DNA from: a virus | DNA: 64,000 bases | IMG/VR virus record: IMGVR_UViG_3300031417_000380 | Reading direction: 5' to 3' (one strand) | In this document: piece by piece, positions 53,087 to 62,940 of the stretch | Numbering within the stretch: position 1 is the stretch's first letter | How the letters are laid out: every line of letters starts with the position of its first letter | Translations under genes and position numbers: made by a program | The notes under the pieces: generated by a model | The model's database searches: none | Told to the model about the DNA's origin: nothing | Seen by the model: the letters and a program-made list of their open reading frames with translations, nothing else

Positions 53087-54702
53087 GCTACGGCGGTGTA
53101 AGAACAGCCGATGATATTTCGCTTGGAAGAACTTTCCCGGAACGAGCTGGTGACGTGGTAGATAGCGACAACCCATTCTTTGATGATGACGATGAAGACG
53201 AGCTAGCCCCAGCTGCTCTCCCGTCGTTTGGTCGTGAGGCGTCACCGAAGTCTCCAGAGCTGTTCGATGATGAGGACGATTTCGAGCTACCTAGTATCTC
53301 CATGGAGCACATGGACACTGGTATGGCCGGTCATCAGCAGCATGCTCCGGCAGAAGACGCTGCTTTCTCTCCGATCGATGATGAGCTTGAGCGCGAGAAC
53401 CCGTTCATGAGTATTACTGATGACGCTATCGGTGAACTCCTCGAGGCGGTTAACGGCGGATTCGATGAGCCTGAGGAGCAGCCTGGGCCGACTCCGATCC
53501 ACGACATAACTGGACAACTTGACTCGCTCGGCAATCTGGACGATCCGGAGGGCCTCAGCGGCCACTACGCTGAGCTCAGCGGCGGCCTGACCGACGACGA
53601 TGACGAAGATGATGAGTACGCTGAGACGTTCATCGACCTGGACAAGGTCATTACCTTGGCCATTGAGCATAAGGCTTCGGATATTCACATCTATCCTGAG
53701 GATGATGTGGCTTTCACTATCCTCGGTGAGATCTACCGTTTTGATGAGTTCGGCGTGATCGACGCGAACATGACTACGAAGCTTCAGCAGCGTATTATCT
53801 CGAACGTGCTCGAGCAGGACTTTGTAGAGAACCTCGAGCTTGACACCTCTTACGTTGTAGAGACCGGTAAGTATAAGGGGCGTCGTCTTCGTCTTTCTGT
53901 CGGTAAGGAAGGCGGCGCGGTAACCATGACGTTCCGTGTGATCGCTGATGTTATGCCGACTCCTGAGGCCATCGGTGTGCCTGGTATTGTTCAGAGCTGG
54001 TTTAAGCTTCCGGCTGGAATGATCCTGGTGAACGGTCCCACCGGTTCTGGTAAGTCAACCACCTTGAGCTCGCTTATGCAGGTGATCCAGTTCTCGAAGC
54101 GTAAGAAGGTCATTACGCTTGAGAAGCCGGTAGAGTTCAAGTACGGGAATCGCAAGCCTGGGCAGAAGGCTTTCTTCGCTCAGCGTGAGGTTGGGCGTGA
54201 TACTCGTTCGTTCAAGAACGGCATCGTTTCGGCCATGCGTCAGGCACCGAATATTATCTTGGTTGGTGAGGTCCGCTTTAAAGATGAGATCGATGAGCTT
54301 TTAGCCGCTGCGGAGACCGGTCACTTGGCCATCTCTACGCTGCACACTGTCTCCTGTGCTCAGACGATTAACCGTATCCGTTCTATGTACGATGGTGACG
54401 ATCAGAAGCGAGTACTGGCGACTATCGCTGACAATCTTCGTGGCATGGTGACGCAGGCGCTGGTGCCGTCTCCGGATGGGACAAAGCGTGTGGCTGTTTT
54501 TGAGACGCTTCAGATTACTCGTGAGTTGAAGCCGATGTTGCTTGAGGGTGACGCTCAGGGTATCCGTCGGTACATGGAAGACCGCGGCATAACTATGGAG
54601 CATGAGCTTGTGAAGGCTGCTCGCGCCGGAGTTGTGGATCTTGAAGAAGCTCGGAACAAAGCTCCGGATCCGTTGTACTTTGATGAGCTGTACGAGGCTT
54701 GA
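53074..54702 (+). CDS. pilT: PilT/PilU-family type IV pilus ATPase with ~185-aa acidic N-terminal extension
   Basis: ASDIHI, Walker A GPTGSGKST, QREVGRDT, AMRQAPNIILVGEVR, His box ETGHLAISTLH. Confidence 0.85.
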   Translation: MDDLSYGGVRTADDISLGRTFPERAGDVVDSDNPFFDDDDEDELAPAALPSFGREASPKSPELFDDEDDFELPSISMEHMDTGMAGHQQHAPAEDAAFSPIDDELERENPFMSITDDAIGELLEAVNGGFDEPEEQPGPTPIHDITGQLDSLGNLDDPEGLSGHYAELSGGLTDDDDEDDEYAETFIDLDKVITLAIEHKASDIHIYPEDDVAFTILGEIYRFDEFGVIDANMTTKLQQRIISNVLEQDFVENLELDTSYVVETGKYKGRRLRLSVGKEGGAVTMTFRVIADVMPTPEAIGVPGIVQSWFKLPAGMILVNGPTGSGKSTTLSSLMQVIQFSKRKKVITLEKPVEFKYGNRKPGQKAFFAQREVGRDTRSFKNGIVSAMRQAPNIILVGEVRFKDEIDELLAAAETGHLAISTLHTVSCAQTINRIRSMYDGDDQKRVLATIADNLRGMVTQALVPSPDGTKRVAVFETLQITRELKPMLLEGDAQGIRRYMEDRGITMEHELVKAARAGVVDLEEARNKAPDPLYFDELYEA

Positions 54703-54902
54703 GCCTCAGCTAAGAGGTTAGAAAGAATTAGGCGTGAGGTTGTACGCTTCGGGTAAGACGAACTGTTAGAATCGCTTCTATCAGCGGTGGCCTGGCCATC
54801 GCTTCTCCTGCGGCAGCAACGGATGCTGTGCCAAGCTACTTCGCCGTTAGCTTAAGCTAGACGGTAGAATAGCCTAACCTTTAGAGTAACGGAGACAGAC
54901 CT

Positions 54903-57203
54903 GTGGCGTCGAGATTTCATGTAAACCCGGAGACCGGCGAGGCGAGCAAGTGCAACGCCACCGCTGATAACTGTCCGTTCGGAAGCTCTGAAGAGCACTT
55001 CTCGAACTACGAAGCCGCAGCTGCCGCGGCTGAGGAGCTTCTCTCTGACCAGTTTACGGTCGGTGTTCTTAAGAAGGAGCGAGTAGAGGTGACTCGTGAG
55101 GCCACTATCGAGCTCATTCAGGAGCTTCACGACGCCTCAGAGACCTATAATCAAACTGGAGAAGAGAGTGCTCTTTCAGATGAGGAGTACGACGCTAAGA
55201 TCGACTTCCTCCAGGCTATTAAGGATTCTGGTAAGCACGAGGATCTCTTCGTAGAAGGATCTGTCGGCGCCGGCATGCTTGAGAGTGACTTCGCTCTTGG
55301 GAATGAACTCACCGGTGATGTGGTAGAGCACAAGATCCCGATGCTCTCACTTGCTAAGGCTAAGAAAGAACCGGAGCTTTTCGCCTATCTGGCCAAGGCT
55401 CGTCGCGGTGGTGCTAAGGACTTCCGTCTTCAGGCTAAACTAGACGGGCTTGCGCTTTCCGCCCGTTACACCGATGGTAAGCTTACTCGTCTTGCTACTC
55501 GAGGTGAAGGTACTCACGGTGAAGATGCGACGTATCTGGTAAAGGACCCGAACGTCAAGATCAAGGGACTTGAGCTTTCAATCTCTGACAAGGATTCGCT
55601 CGAAGTGCGTGGTGAGCTCTTCTTTACGAACGCTCAGTTCCAGGCTGTCGATGACGCTCGTTTCAAAGCTACCGGCACTCGCTTTAACGTGCCACGTAAC
55701 GCTGCGTCTGGGCTTATGAAGGCTGCAGCCGGTGGCGTTGGATATCCGGTGGAGTTCACCTTTGCGGCTTACTCTGTGATTAAGAACGATGAGCCTGCTG
55801 GGATGGAGGAGCTCAAGGACCTCGGCTTCCGCTCGGTGGATGAGCTCACCGATGAGGCCACTCCTGGCCTTGACCTTTCGAACTTCGAGAGCGATGAGCA
55901 GGTGATGGAAGCTGTTCACGCTTTCGGAACCGCTCGTGAGGGCTTCGACTTCCCGACCGACGGTGTGGTGATCAAGCCGACGAACGAGGCTGAGATGCTT
56001 GCCTCTATGGGTTACACCTCGCATCACCCGGCTTCGCAGATCGCCTGGAAGTACCCGGCTGAGTGGGCCATCACCGAGGTGGAGGGTATCGACATGACCG
56101 TCGGAGCTTCCGGTAAGGTGACCCCGATCGCTCGTATCAAGCCGGTGCTCCTCGCCGGCTCCACCATCAGCAACGCTTCACTTCACAACTTTAACCTGGT
56201 CCACACTAAGGGCATCCGTATCGGCTCAGTGGTGAAGATCGAAAAGGCTAACGACATCATTCCTCAGGTGGTGGCTGTGATTTCGAGTCCGAAGGATTCG
56301 ACTGACCTGCCGGTGCCGAAGGATTGCCCATCTTGTGGAACTGTTCTTGAGTTTGAGCAGGAAGAGGGCGTCTGGCCTCCGAGAACTATGCGTTGCCCGA
56401 ACGTTGATTGCGAGTCTCGAAACTTCTTTGCTCTTAAGATGGCTGTCGGTAAGGCATACATGGACATTGACGGCCTGAGCGAGGTTTCACTAGACCACCT
56501 CCACGCCACCGGTCGAGTAAAGAACATCGCTGATCTCTACACGCTTGAGCTTGAAGAATTGGCTGCATCCCCGCTTGGCGAAAGTCAAAACGGTAACGCT
56601 CGTCGTCTTGGAGAGAAGCGCGCTCAGAACATCATCGATCACATTGAGTTGTCAAAGACTCGTCCGCTGGCTAAAATGCTTCCGGCCATCTCTATTGGAG
56701 GTATGGGTACCGGCTCATCAAAGCGGCTTGAAAAGCGCTTCGGTGACATCGATGGGATCCTTGCAGCTCCGGAAGCTGAGATTGCGGAGATCAGCGGTCT
56801 CGGGCCAATCTCAGCTAAGAAGATCCACGAGGGGCTTAAGCTTCGCCGGCCTACAATTGATCGTATGCGTGAGTACGGCGTAACCTTCGGCAAAGTTGAG
56901 AAGAGTGAAGCTACAGCTGCTACTGCGGCTGACGCCACCGGCGAACTCGGTTCGTCAACATCTGTTGATCTTTCGGGAAAGTCGTTCGCTATCTCAGGAG
57001 CTGTTCCTAGTGGTTTTAAGAACCGCGGCGAGTGGGTGGACTATGTCGAGGCTTCCGGTGGTGAGTTCCATTCGAGTCCTAAGGCTCACACTACCTATAT
57101 GATCGGCGATCCGGCGGAAGGCTCCTCGAAGATTAAGGCAGCTACTAAGCACGGACTTACATTCTTGACTCCGGAAGGTTTCATGAGTCAGTTTGTAAAG
57201 TAA
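54903..57203 (+). CDS. ligA: NAD-dependent DNA ligase with an extra N-terminal H-C-C-H module
   Basis: KLDG adenylation motif, EVRGE, PRNAASG, DGVVIK, IAWKY, OB fold, CPSC...CPNVDC zinc finger, HhH, C-terminal BRCT (GKSFAISG). Confidence 0.93.
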   Translation: MASRFHVNPETGEASKCNATADNCPFGSSEEHFSNYEAAAAAAEELLSDQFTVGVLKKERVEVTREATIELIQELHDASETYNQTGEESALSDEEYDAKIDFLQAIKDSGKHEDLFVEGSVGAGMLESDFALGNELTGDVVEHKIPMLSLAKAKKEPELFAYLAKARRGGAKDFRLQAKLDGLALSARYTDGKLTRLATRGEGTHGEDATYLVKDPNVKIKGLELSISDKDSLEVRGELFFTNAQFQAVDDARFKATGTRFNVPRNAASGLMKAAAGGVGYPVEFTFAAYSVIKNDEPAGMEELKDLGFRSVDELTDEATPGLDLSNFESDEQVMEAVHAFGTAREGFDFPTDGVVIKPTNEAEMLASMGYTSHHPASQIAWKYPAEWAITEVEGIDMTVGASGKVTPIARIKPVLLAGSTISNASLHNFNLVHTKGIRIGSVVKIEKANDIIPQVVAVISSPKDSTDLPVPKDCPSCGTVLEFEQEEGVWPPRTMRCPNVDCESRNFFALKMAVGKAYMDIDGLSEVSLDHLHATGRVKNIADLYTLELEELAASPLGESQNGNARRLGEKRAQNIIDHIELSKTRPLAKMLPAISIGGMGTGSSKRLEKRFGDIDGILAAPEAEIAEISGLGPISAKKIHEGLKLRRPTIDRMREYGVTFGKVEKSEATAATAADATGELGSSTSVDLSGKSFAISGAVPSGFKNRGEWVDYVEASGGEFHSSPKAHTTYMIGDPAEGSSKIKAATKHGLTFLTPEGFMSQFVK

Positions 57204-57217
57204 GTCGATTCACTCCA

Positions 57218-57255
57218 CTAAAGGCGCGATACGAGTTTTTGTATCGCGCCTTTAG
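57218..57255 (+). terminator. Intrinsic terminator-like hairpin after ligA
   Basis: 15-bp perfect stem CTAAAGGCGCGATAC/GTATCGCGCCTTTAG. Confidence 0.7.
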
Positions 57256-57386
57256 ACTTTGCTAAACTACATTCCTTTCGGTAGTATACCGGCATCGTTG
57301 ATAGTCGTTTTGTATCGGATACGCAATATGCGGGTTTTCGGTATCTGAAGTTAGAAAAGGCTTCAAGCGACTTCTTAGGAGATCCA

Positions 57387-58892
57387 GTGGCCGTAGCGCG
57401 TTATCACATCACCCCGAACGGGCCGAAGCTTTGCTCAGCATCAGTGCGAAGCTGTCCCTACGGCGACCACTTTGACAGCAATCGAGACGCTCGTCAGAAG
57501 TTTCGTGAGTCTGAACTTTCAGCAGAACAGCTTTATCGTGAGAATCAGCCGGCTTCAAAGTATCTTAAGTTCGGTGACGACCGTTCTACGACGAAAGTAG
57601 TTCGTTCAGATAATTGGGGCGCTGGAATTGCTGATCTTATCGATGAGCACATTGAGCAGAACTCTGTAAAGCCTGAGCAAATCGAATTCCTCTTCTACTG
57701 GGATGAGAATTCCCCTGACGGTGACCCCACTAAAACTCGTCGCTACATCTTTGAGGCTGTATCACGGCTTGACTCCACCATGGGTAAGTTCACGAACGTC
57801 TACCGCTTTGCCTGGTGGAATCCAAGTGACAAGGCTGCTCAGGACGCTATTGACTTCGTCTACGCTGATGAGAAAGGCCGTGACAGCCGTTGGGCTCGAG
57901 TGCCGGACAGCATGAAGTGGGAAGCCGCTCTAGGAGACGATCTCCCAGAGACCGGAGCTGTTCGTACTGACCAGATGGGTAACTACACGAAGCTTGTAGA
58001 GCTTCAGGCTCAGAACCGTCAGAATTACCGTGAGGTGCTGAACAAGCCTAACTTGCTCGATACTAAATCTCTTGCTTGGAAGCTTCGGGATCCTGCGCTC
58101 GAGGCTATCGCTCTTCGCGAAGATGCTATGGCGGGGCCGCGACCGGATGAGCTCAAGTCAGCTTATCTCTACGATCGAAACCTAGAGCGCAAGGCTCAGA
58201 ATGTAGTACGGGCTATCCGAGCTACAGAGACGAACCTTATCGGTGCTTACAATGCGTACGATCGTGGCATCGGTTTCTACAACCTGGACAACGATCGACG
58301 TACTGTGGTGGATGAAGACCTTTCAACTACTTTCGTCCGAGGTCGTAATTTACACCAGCTTGGGCTTGAGTCAGAACGTTGGATCACCGGCACGTGGCGT
58401 GGTGACGCTGACCGCGATGGAAACGAGATGGGAAGCCAGGCTCGCTTTAATCGTGTTGCGGACTCTAGCGATAAGGGTATCCCGTTTGAGAGCCCCATGT
58501 CCTTCTGGACTGCTAACACTCCTGATGGAGCTCGTTGGGAGCTTGGGATGGACGTTCGTTCACCTGAAGCTGGCTCTAACCGTGTCTCTTACTACGAAGC
58601 GTCGAATCCGAACGTACCGACAGATAAAGCCACTCCGGTAAACGCTGTAGACGGATTTGCAGCTATGCGCGATGCGATGGAAGAGCGTTACGGCGAGAGC
58701 GCTAATTGGTCACCTGCTCTTCAGCGTGACATGAAAGTGCTCGCTGACATAGCTGAGGGTCATAACGCTATGATTCTATCTGCCGAGACTGCTCGTAAGC
58801 GTGTGAAGGCCTACGGCTTCGAGAAGCCTGAAGCACAGGCTAAGCAGGAGCACGCATCGCTCTTCGGCGGCCTGGGGAAGCTTTTCGGGTAA
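57387..58892 (+). CDS. Hypothetical protein (501 aa) with the same N-terminal H-C-C-H module as LigA
   Basis: AGGAG RBS; RYHITPNGPKLCSASVRSCPYGDHF; amphipathic tail LFGGLGKLFG. Confidence 0.82.
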   Translation: MAVARYHITPNGPKLCSASVRSCPYGDHFDSNRDARQKFRESELSAEQLYRENQPASKYLKFGDDRSTTKVVRSDNWGAGIADLIDEHIEQNSVKPEQIEFLFYWDENSPDGDPTKTRRYIFEAVSRLDSTMGKFTNVYRFAWWNPSDKAAQDAIDFVYADEKGRDSRWARVPDSMKWEAALGDDLPETGAVRTDQMGNYTKLVELQAQNRQNYREVLNKPNLLDTKSLAWKLRDPALEAIALREDAMAGPRPDELKSAYLYDRNLERKAQNVVRAIRATETNLIGAYNAYDRGIGFYNLDNDRRTVVDEDLSTTFVRGRNLHQLGLESERWITGTWRGDADRDGNEMGSQARFNRVADSSDKGIPFESPMSFWTANTPDGARWELGMDVRSPEAGSNRVSYYEASNPNVPTDKATPVNAVDGFAAMRDAMEERYGESANWSPALQRDMKVLADIAEGHNAMILSAETARKRVKAYGFEKPEAQAKQEHASLFGGLGKLFG

Positions 58893-59016
58893 ACTGTAGC
58901 ACTGTGTCTAAGCTTTAAACTCGGTTTAACGCATGATGACGCGCGACTACGATCTCGCCGTCGCTATCTGACAGCTACAGCCATATGAGCCGTTTAGTAC
59001 GATGTCGTGCTGACAC

Positions 59017-59061
59017 AAAAAAAGAAGAGGATCACCCCCTACCACAAGGGTGATCCTCTTC
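59017..59061 (-). terminator. Rho-independent terminator of the minus-strand transfer genes
   Basis: 14-bp stem GAAGAGGATCACCC/GGGTGATCCTCTTC followed on the minus strand by a T7 tract. Confidence 0.8.
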
Positions 59062-59093
59062 AGTCTAAGAGCAGGCCTTAAGCCTGCGTAAGC

Positions 59094-60458
59094 TCACTTC
59101 TTAACATCGTTACTCAGCTTGTACTTCTTGCCGACGATTGCCTTAGCAAGACGGCGTACAGCCGAGTAGATGTCCTGGTGCTGAAGGAGCAAATCCATCT
59201 GCTGAGTGTTAGCAGCGGAAGCCATGATCTTCGGGTTGGACGGAATCGGCGTGATGACCGGGATTCCGAGAGCCGACTGGTAGATCTTCTCACCAGGCAT
59301 GGCCACGTTACCGAGTGACTTGTTCACGACGATACCGATCTTGTTCTTCGAGATACCCATGCCCATCTGTGACTTCGGCTTCGTGACTTCCTGAATCCAG
59401 CGAGTCATGGAGAATACCGAGTTAATCACGATGTCGGTGACGAAGACGATCTGGTCAGCCATCGGGTAAGCAACCTGCTCAAGGAGCGGGTCAAGATAGT
59501 TAACCGAGGTGTCCAGGATGACGTAGTCGTACTTCTTTCGAAGAGCCTGGATGAGCTCGACGTAGAAGTCCGGCGGGGTGTCGTCAGCGTTACGTGGGCG
59601 CTTAGGAGCAAGCATAAGATCACACTTAAGACGAGTACTGTGGATCACAGTCTGGTCAATGTTCTCTGGAGTGATACCTGACGAGCGTAAGTTGATGACG
59701 GTCGGCTTCGAGTTGTTCGTCAAGAAGCCGAGCTGACCATCTCGTACGTCAAGGTCAAGAATAATGACCTTAAGTGGCTCAGTCTCTAGACCTTCACGAA
59801 CTGAGTTCACTGAAGAGTGAGCAAGGAACGTGGCTAGAGAGACCGCCACAGTTGACTTACCGGAGCCACCCTTAGATGAGGTGATGGCTACAACCTGACC
59901 GAGATAATCGCTTTCGCCGGCCTCGTGCTCCTCGAGAGCGATCTGTAGCTGACGCTCAGTCGGGTCTTCGTCGTTAGCCTCTTCATCTGCGGTAGGAAGT
60001 TCGTCCCCGCTTAGGATAGCAGCAGTCTCAAGAAGCGAGGTTTCAGATACAAAGCGAGCTACAGCCGCATCGAGCGATGGACCAGGGCGCTTCGTATCGA
60101 TGAAGTAGTACTTAGGTTCTGATACGCCCTGAGTGTAAGCAGACTGTTCGATGCGTTCACGCATAGCCTCGTTTGACTGAGGCTTGTAGTTGATGATCCC
60201 GACAAGACAGTACGGAGCCATAGCAGCGACTAAGTACTCGAAAGCAGTGTCGCCACCTCGCTCATCGAAGAATCCATCGAGTACTAGAAGCGCCTGGACA
60301 TCGTTATCGATTTCGCCCGATTCAAGACCGGCCCAAAGGTCAGCGATGTTCTCCACGACTGGGGCGAAATCCCAGTCCTGGCGAATCTTGACGAGGAAGT
60401 CATAGACGCGAGGATCACCTACATAGATGGCCTTAGGCATGACGGTGGTAGAAGCCAT
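59094..60458 (-). CDS. CpaE/TadZ-like ParA/MinD-family ATPase with N-terminal receiver-like domain
   Basis: Deviant Walker A SSKGGSGKST, LDLDVRDGQLG, YDYVILDT, IGIVVNK; follows a CpaB gene. Confidence 0.78.
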   Translation of the reverse strand: MASTTVMPKAIYVGDPRVYDFLVKIRQDWDFAPVVENIADLWAGLESGEIDNDVQALLVLDGFFDERGGDTAFEYLVAAMAPYCLVGIINYKPQSNEAMRERIEQSAYTQGVSEPKYYFIDTKRPGPSLDAAVARFVSETSLLETAAILSGDELPTADEEANDEDPTERQLQIALEEHEAGESDYLGQVVAITSSKGGSGKSTVAVSLATFLAHSSVNSVREGLETEPLKVIILDLDVRDGQLGFLTNNSKPTVINLRSSGITPENIDQTVIHSTRLKCDLMLAPKRPRNADDTPPDFYVELIQALRKKYDYVILDTSVNYLDPLLEQVAYPMADQIVFVTDIVINSVFSMTRWIQEVTKPKSQMGMGISKNKIGIVVNKSLGNVAMPGEKIYQSALGIPVITPIPSNPKIMASAANTQQMDLLLQHQDIYSAVRRLAKAIVGKKYKLSNDVKK

Positions 60459-60527
60459 TTCCTGTGATTCCTAACTTACTGGTTGGTTAAGACCGAATAT
60501 CAAAAGGTATCCGATTTATCCAGCGTG

Positions 60528-61673
60528 TCACTCACCGCTGGTGGAGGCACCGTCGGTAGCTTCACCGGTGGGGGTGTCACTAACGTCTGGTGACGAAGTA
60601 TTCGAAGACGAGCTAGAGCTTGTGTCCGAGCCTGAGCTGCTGGTGCCGGTGCTGGACTGGCCGTCCTTGCTTTCGGTGCTCGAGGTGGTGTCGCTGGATG
60701 GGGTCTTACCCTTTACAGAGTCAGACGGAATCTTTGCGTTACCGAGGCCAGCGTTGTCAACCTGAGAGATCGGGCGGCCGAACTTGTCACGCTCAACGTC
60801 AGTGAAGCTGTAGTCAGTAGACTCACGGTAGTCGTTTTTACCATCGCCGTCGAGATCAACCGGCTTGCCGTTCTTGTCGTAGACCGGCTGGAGACCAGGA
60901 GCGATTACACCGTCAAGATCGATGTCATACTTGAACAGACCAGAGTAATCCATGAGACGCGGAGCGGCGTAGTCGTTCTGTCGCGGTGAGAGGACCATGC
61001 GGATGTCAGCCCCGTACTGCTTTACGAGATCCTGAAGCTTAGCAGCGTTAGCAGGGCTCATACCGACGGTGTACTGAGTAGTCTGTCCCTTACGTGCCTC
61101 GTCAGTGTTTACAGCGTTAGCATCACTAGCGTTGGAGAGGTCAGTGGTGGTGTCAAGTGCTAGAACGTTAACGAACGGGTAGAACGCTCCGTTATCAGTA
61201 AGCACCATCATGTCGAAGTAGTATCCACGCTGGATACGTCCACCAACAGCGTTGTCCGCTCCGACGGAGAAGTTCGTAACAACCCAGGTGTCAGGGATAC
61301 CAACTGAAATGTCGGTGAGGCCACCAGCGTTCGATGGGGAGAGGACATCACCTGAAACCATCGGGAACTGAGAGTAAACAACCCCAGACTGTACGGAAGA
61401 AAGGATCTCGTTACGTTCCTTATCACGCTGCTCAGGGGTCATCTTAGGTGACCCACCAGGAGCCGTTCCGGCCGATGTGACCACCGGCGTAAGCATATCC
61501 ATGGTGATTTGAGTTCGCGTTGGGATGTCCTGGTTGAGGACGTAGTACGTCTCAGTCTGGTAAACGCTCTTAAGTACGGTGAGGGTACCCACGAAAACGA
61601 AGACTAGCAACAGAATGATTGCGACCCATAGGACCTTTGTGCTCTTAAAGAGCCCAGTGGCTTTAGTTGCCAT
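60528..61673 (-). CDS. cpaB: CpaB/RcpC-like Flp pilus assembly protein (SAF domain)
   Basis: N-terminal TM, YYVLNQDIPTRTQIT (SAF-like), AVGGRIQRGYYFDMM, VLAL; DLDGDGKND loop; Ser/Thr-rich tail. Confidence 0.68.
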   Translation of the reverse strand: MATKATGLFKSTKVLWVAIILLLVFVFVGTLTVLKSVYQTETYYVLNQDIPTRTQITMDMLTPVVTSAGTAPGGSPKMTPEQRDKERNEILSSVQSGVVYSQFPMVSGDVLSPSNAGGLTDISVGIPDTWVVTNFSVGADNAVGGRIQRGYYFDMMVLTDNGAFYPFVNVLALDTTTDLSNASDANAVNTDEARKGQTTQYTVGMSPANAAKLQDLVKQYGADIRMVLSPRQNDYAAPRLMDYSGLFKYDIDLDGVIAPGLQPVYDKNGKPVDLDGDGKNDYRESTDYSFTDVERDKFGRPISQVDNAGLGNAKIPSDSVKGKTPSSDTTSSTESKDGQSSTGTSSSGSDTSSSSSSNTSSPDVSDTPTGEATDGASTSGE

Positions 61674-61746
61674 TCGTAACGTTCCTTTCGAGGGGATGAT
61701 GTCCCGAGTAATATCAACAACGCTGACGAATCAGCGTTAAACTTCT

Positions 61747-62940
61747 TTACGCTGCGGCAGCAGCCTTTCGCTCTTTCTCAGCTTTAGCAGTTTCAAGAGG
61801 ATTGTTCTTAAACGCCTGATCCCAGTCTTTACGCCAGTTTGAAATCTGTACCGTCGAGTAACGCTTCTGCCAGTCTTTCATAAGACACTCACCGCGTCCA
61901 AGCTCCGTAATGATGCCTTCGAAGCCTTCTTGAGACGGTAGCTGCATATCCTTGACGATGGATATTGCCTCCTTTTCAGAGGAGGCAAACGCAAAGCGTG
62001 TAGCGATGGTTGATTCAATATCTAGCTCTTTGAGGTGCGAGTTATTCTGTGTCACTAGAATAGTGGCCATGTTCTTAGAACGCCCGAGGAGTACCACATC
62101 CTTGACAACCTGAGCTCCAGCAGCTGTCTGAAGGATCGACCACGCCTCGTCAATGACAAGTGTCTTCGGATTCTTAGAGCTGTTGTTGAGCATAAGGCGG
62201 CGCACAAAGTCAGTAAGCAAGAACAAGATACCGGTCGAAAGGCGCGACTTGTTGTCGTTAGAGCCAGGGCTAGGCATCTGCATACCGATGAGCGTAATCA
62301 CCGTGAGGCCTTCATCGATGGAAACTGTATCCATCTTAGCGCCGGACGGAGAGAAGCAGAGGCCAGATAACGGAAGAGCCTGGATCAAATCGAGCGTGGT
62401 GCCTAGGTCGCGTGCTGCGGGGCGTGTTGAGCCTCGCAGTTCCTGCACTACCTTTGCAAGCGACGGCGCAGGCTCACGAATTACGTCCTTGATGATCGGA
62501 GCTAGAGCCGTACGCTGTTCGGGCTGAAGGCCTCCGGTGAAGATGTCGATGAGTGACACAGCTAAGTCAAGCTGCTCACCCGGATCCTTAGACATACGGA
62601 ACGGGTCAAGTACTCCACGCTGCTTGCGTGCGTTGGCAAGGTTCCAGACGTTGAATGATCCGATGTCTTTTTGGAGATTCATAAGCGATAGGAAGTCGCC
62701 CTTTGGGTCGAGCACGATAGTGGTCTTCCCGATAATCGCACTCATAGCTGTAAGAGTCATAGCGAGGTAAGACTTACCTGAGCCAGGAGCACCGGTGATG
62801 ACTGTGCCCGGTGGCTTATCGTTCCAAATCTGAGTGTGCGGATCGAAAAACACCGGCTGAGGAATACCGCCGGATGTCTCTCCTACAAAGAGGGCGGAAC
62901 CGTAGTTATACTCTACCACTGGGTTCTCCTTCGTCTTCAA
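61747..62940 (-). CDS. VirB4/TcpF-like conjugative ATPase, C-terminal (motor) domain only
   Basis: PVFFDP, Walker A GAPGSGKS, LDPKGD, Walker B LVIDEAW, GRSKN..LVTQN, LGRGECLMKD. Confidence 0.8.
   Translation of the reverse strand: MKTKENPVVEYNYGSALFVGETSGGIPQPVFFDPHTQIWNDKPPGTVITGAPGSGKSYLAMTLTAMSAIIGKTTIVLDPKGDFLSLMNLQKDIGSFNVWNLANARKQRGVLDPFRMSKDPGEQLDLAVSLIDIFTGGLQPEQRTALAPIIKDVIREPAPSLAKVVQELRGSTRPAARDLGTTLDLIQALPLSGLCFSPSGAKMDTVSIDEGLTVITLIGMQMPSPGSNDNKSRLSTGILFLLTDFVRRLMLNNSSKNPKTLVIDEAWSILQTAAGAQVVKDVVLLGRSKNMATILVTQNNSHLKELDIESTIATRFAFASSEKEAISIVKDMQLPSQEGFEGIITELGRGECLMKDWQKRYSTVQISNWRKDWDQAFKNNPLETAKAEKERKAAAAA

Noticed and set aside
57256-57386. tRNA or ncRNA in backbone intergenic gaps
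   Set aside because: No cloverleaf, no T-loop GTTCRA in a tRNA context, and no recognisable RNA family.
59094-60458. Plasmid-partition ParA
   Set aside because: The receiver-like N-terminal domain, position after cpaB and absence of an adjacent parB favour CpaE/TadZ; not fully excluded.
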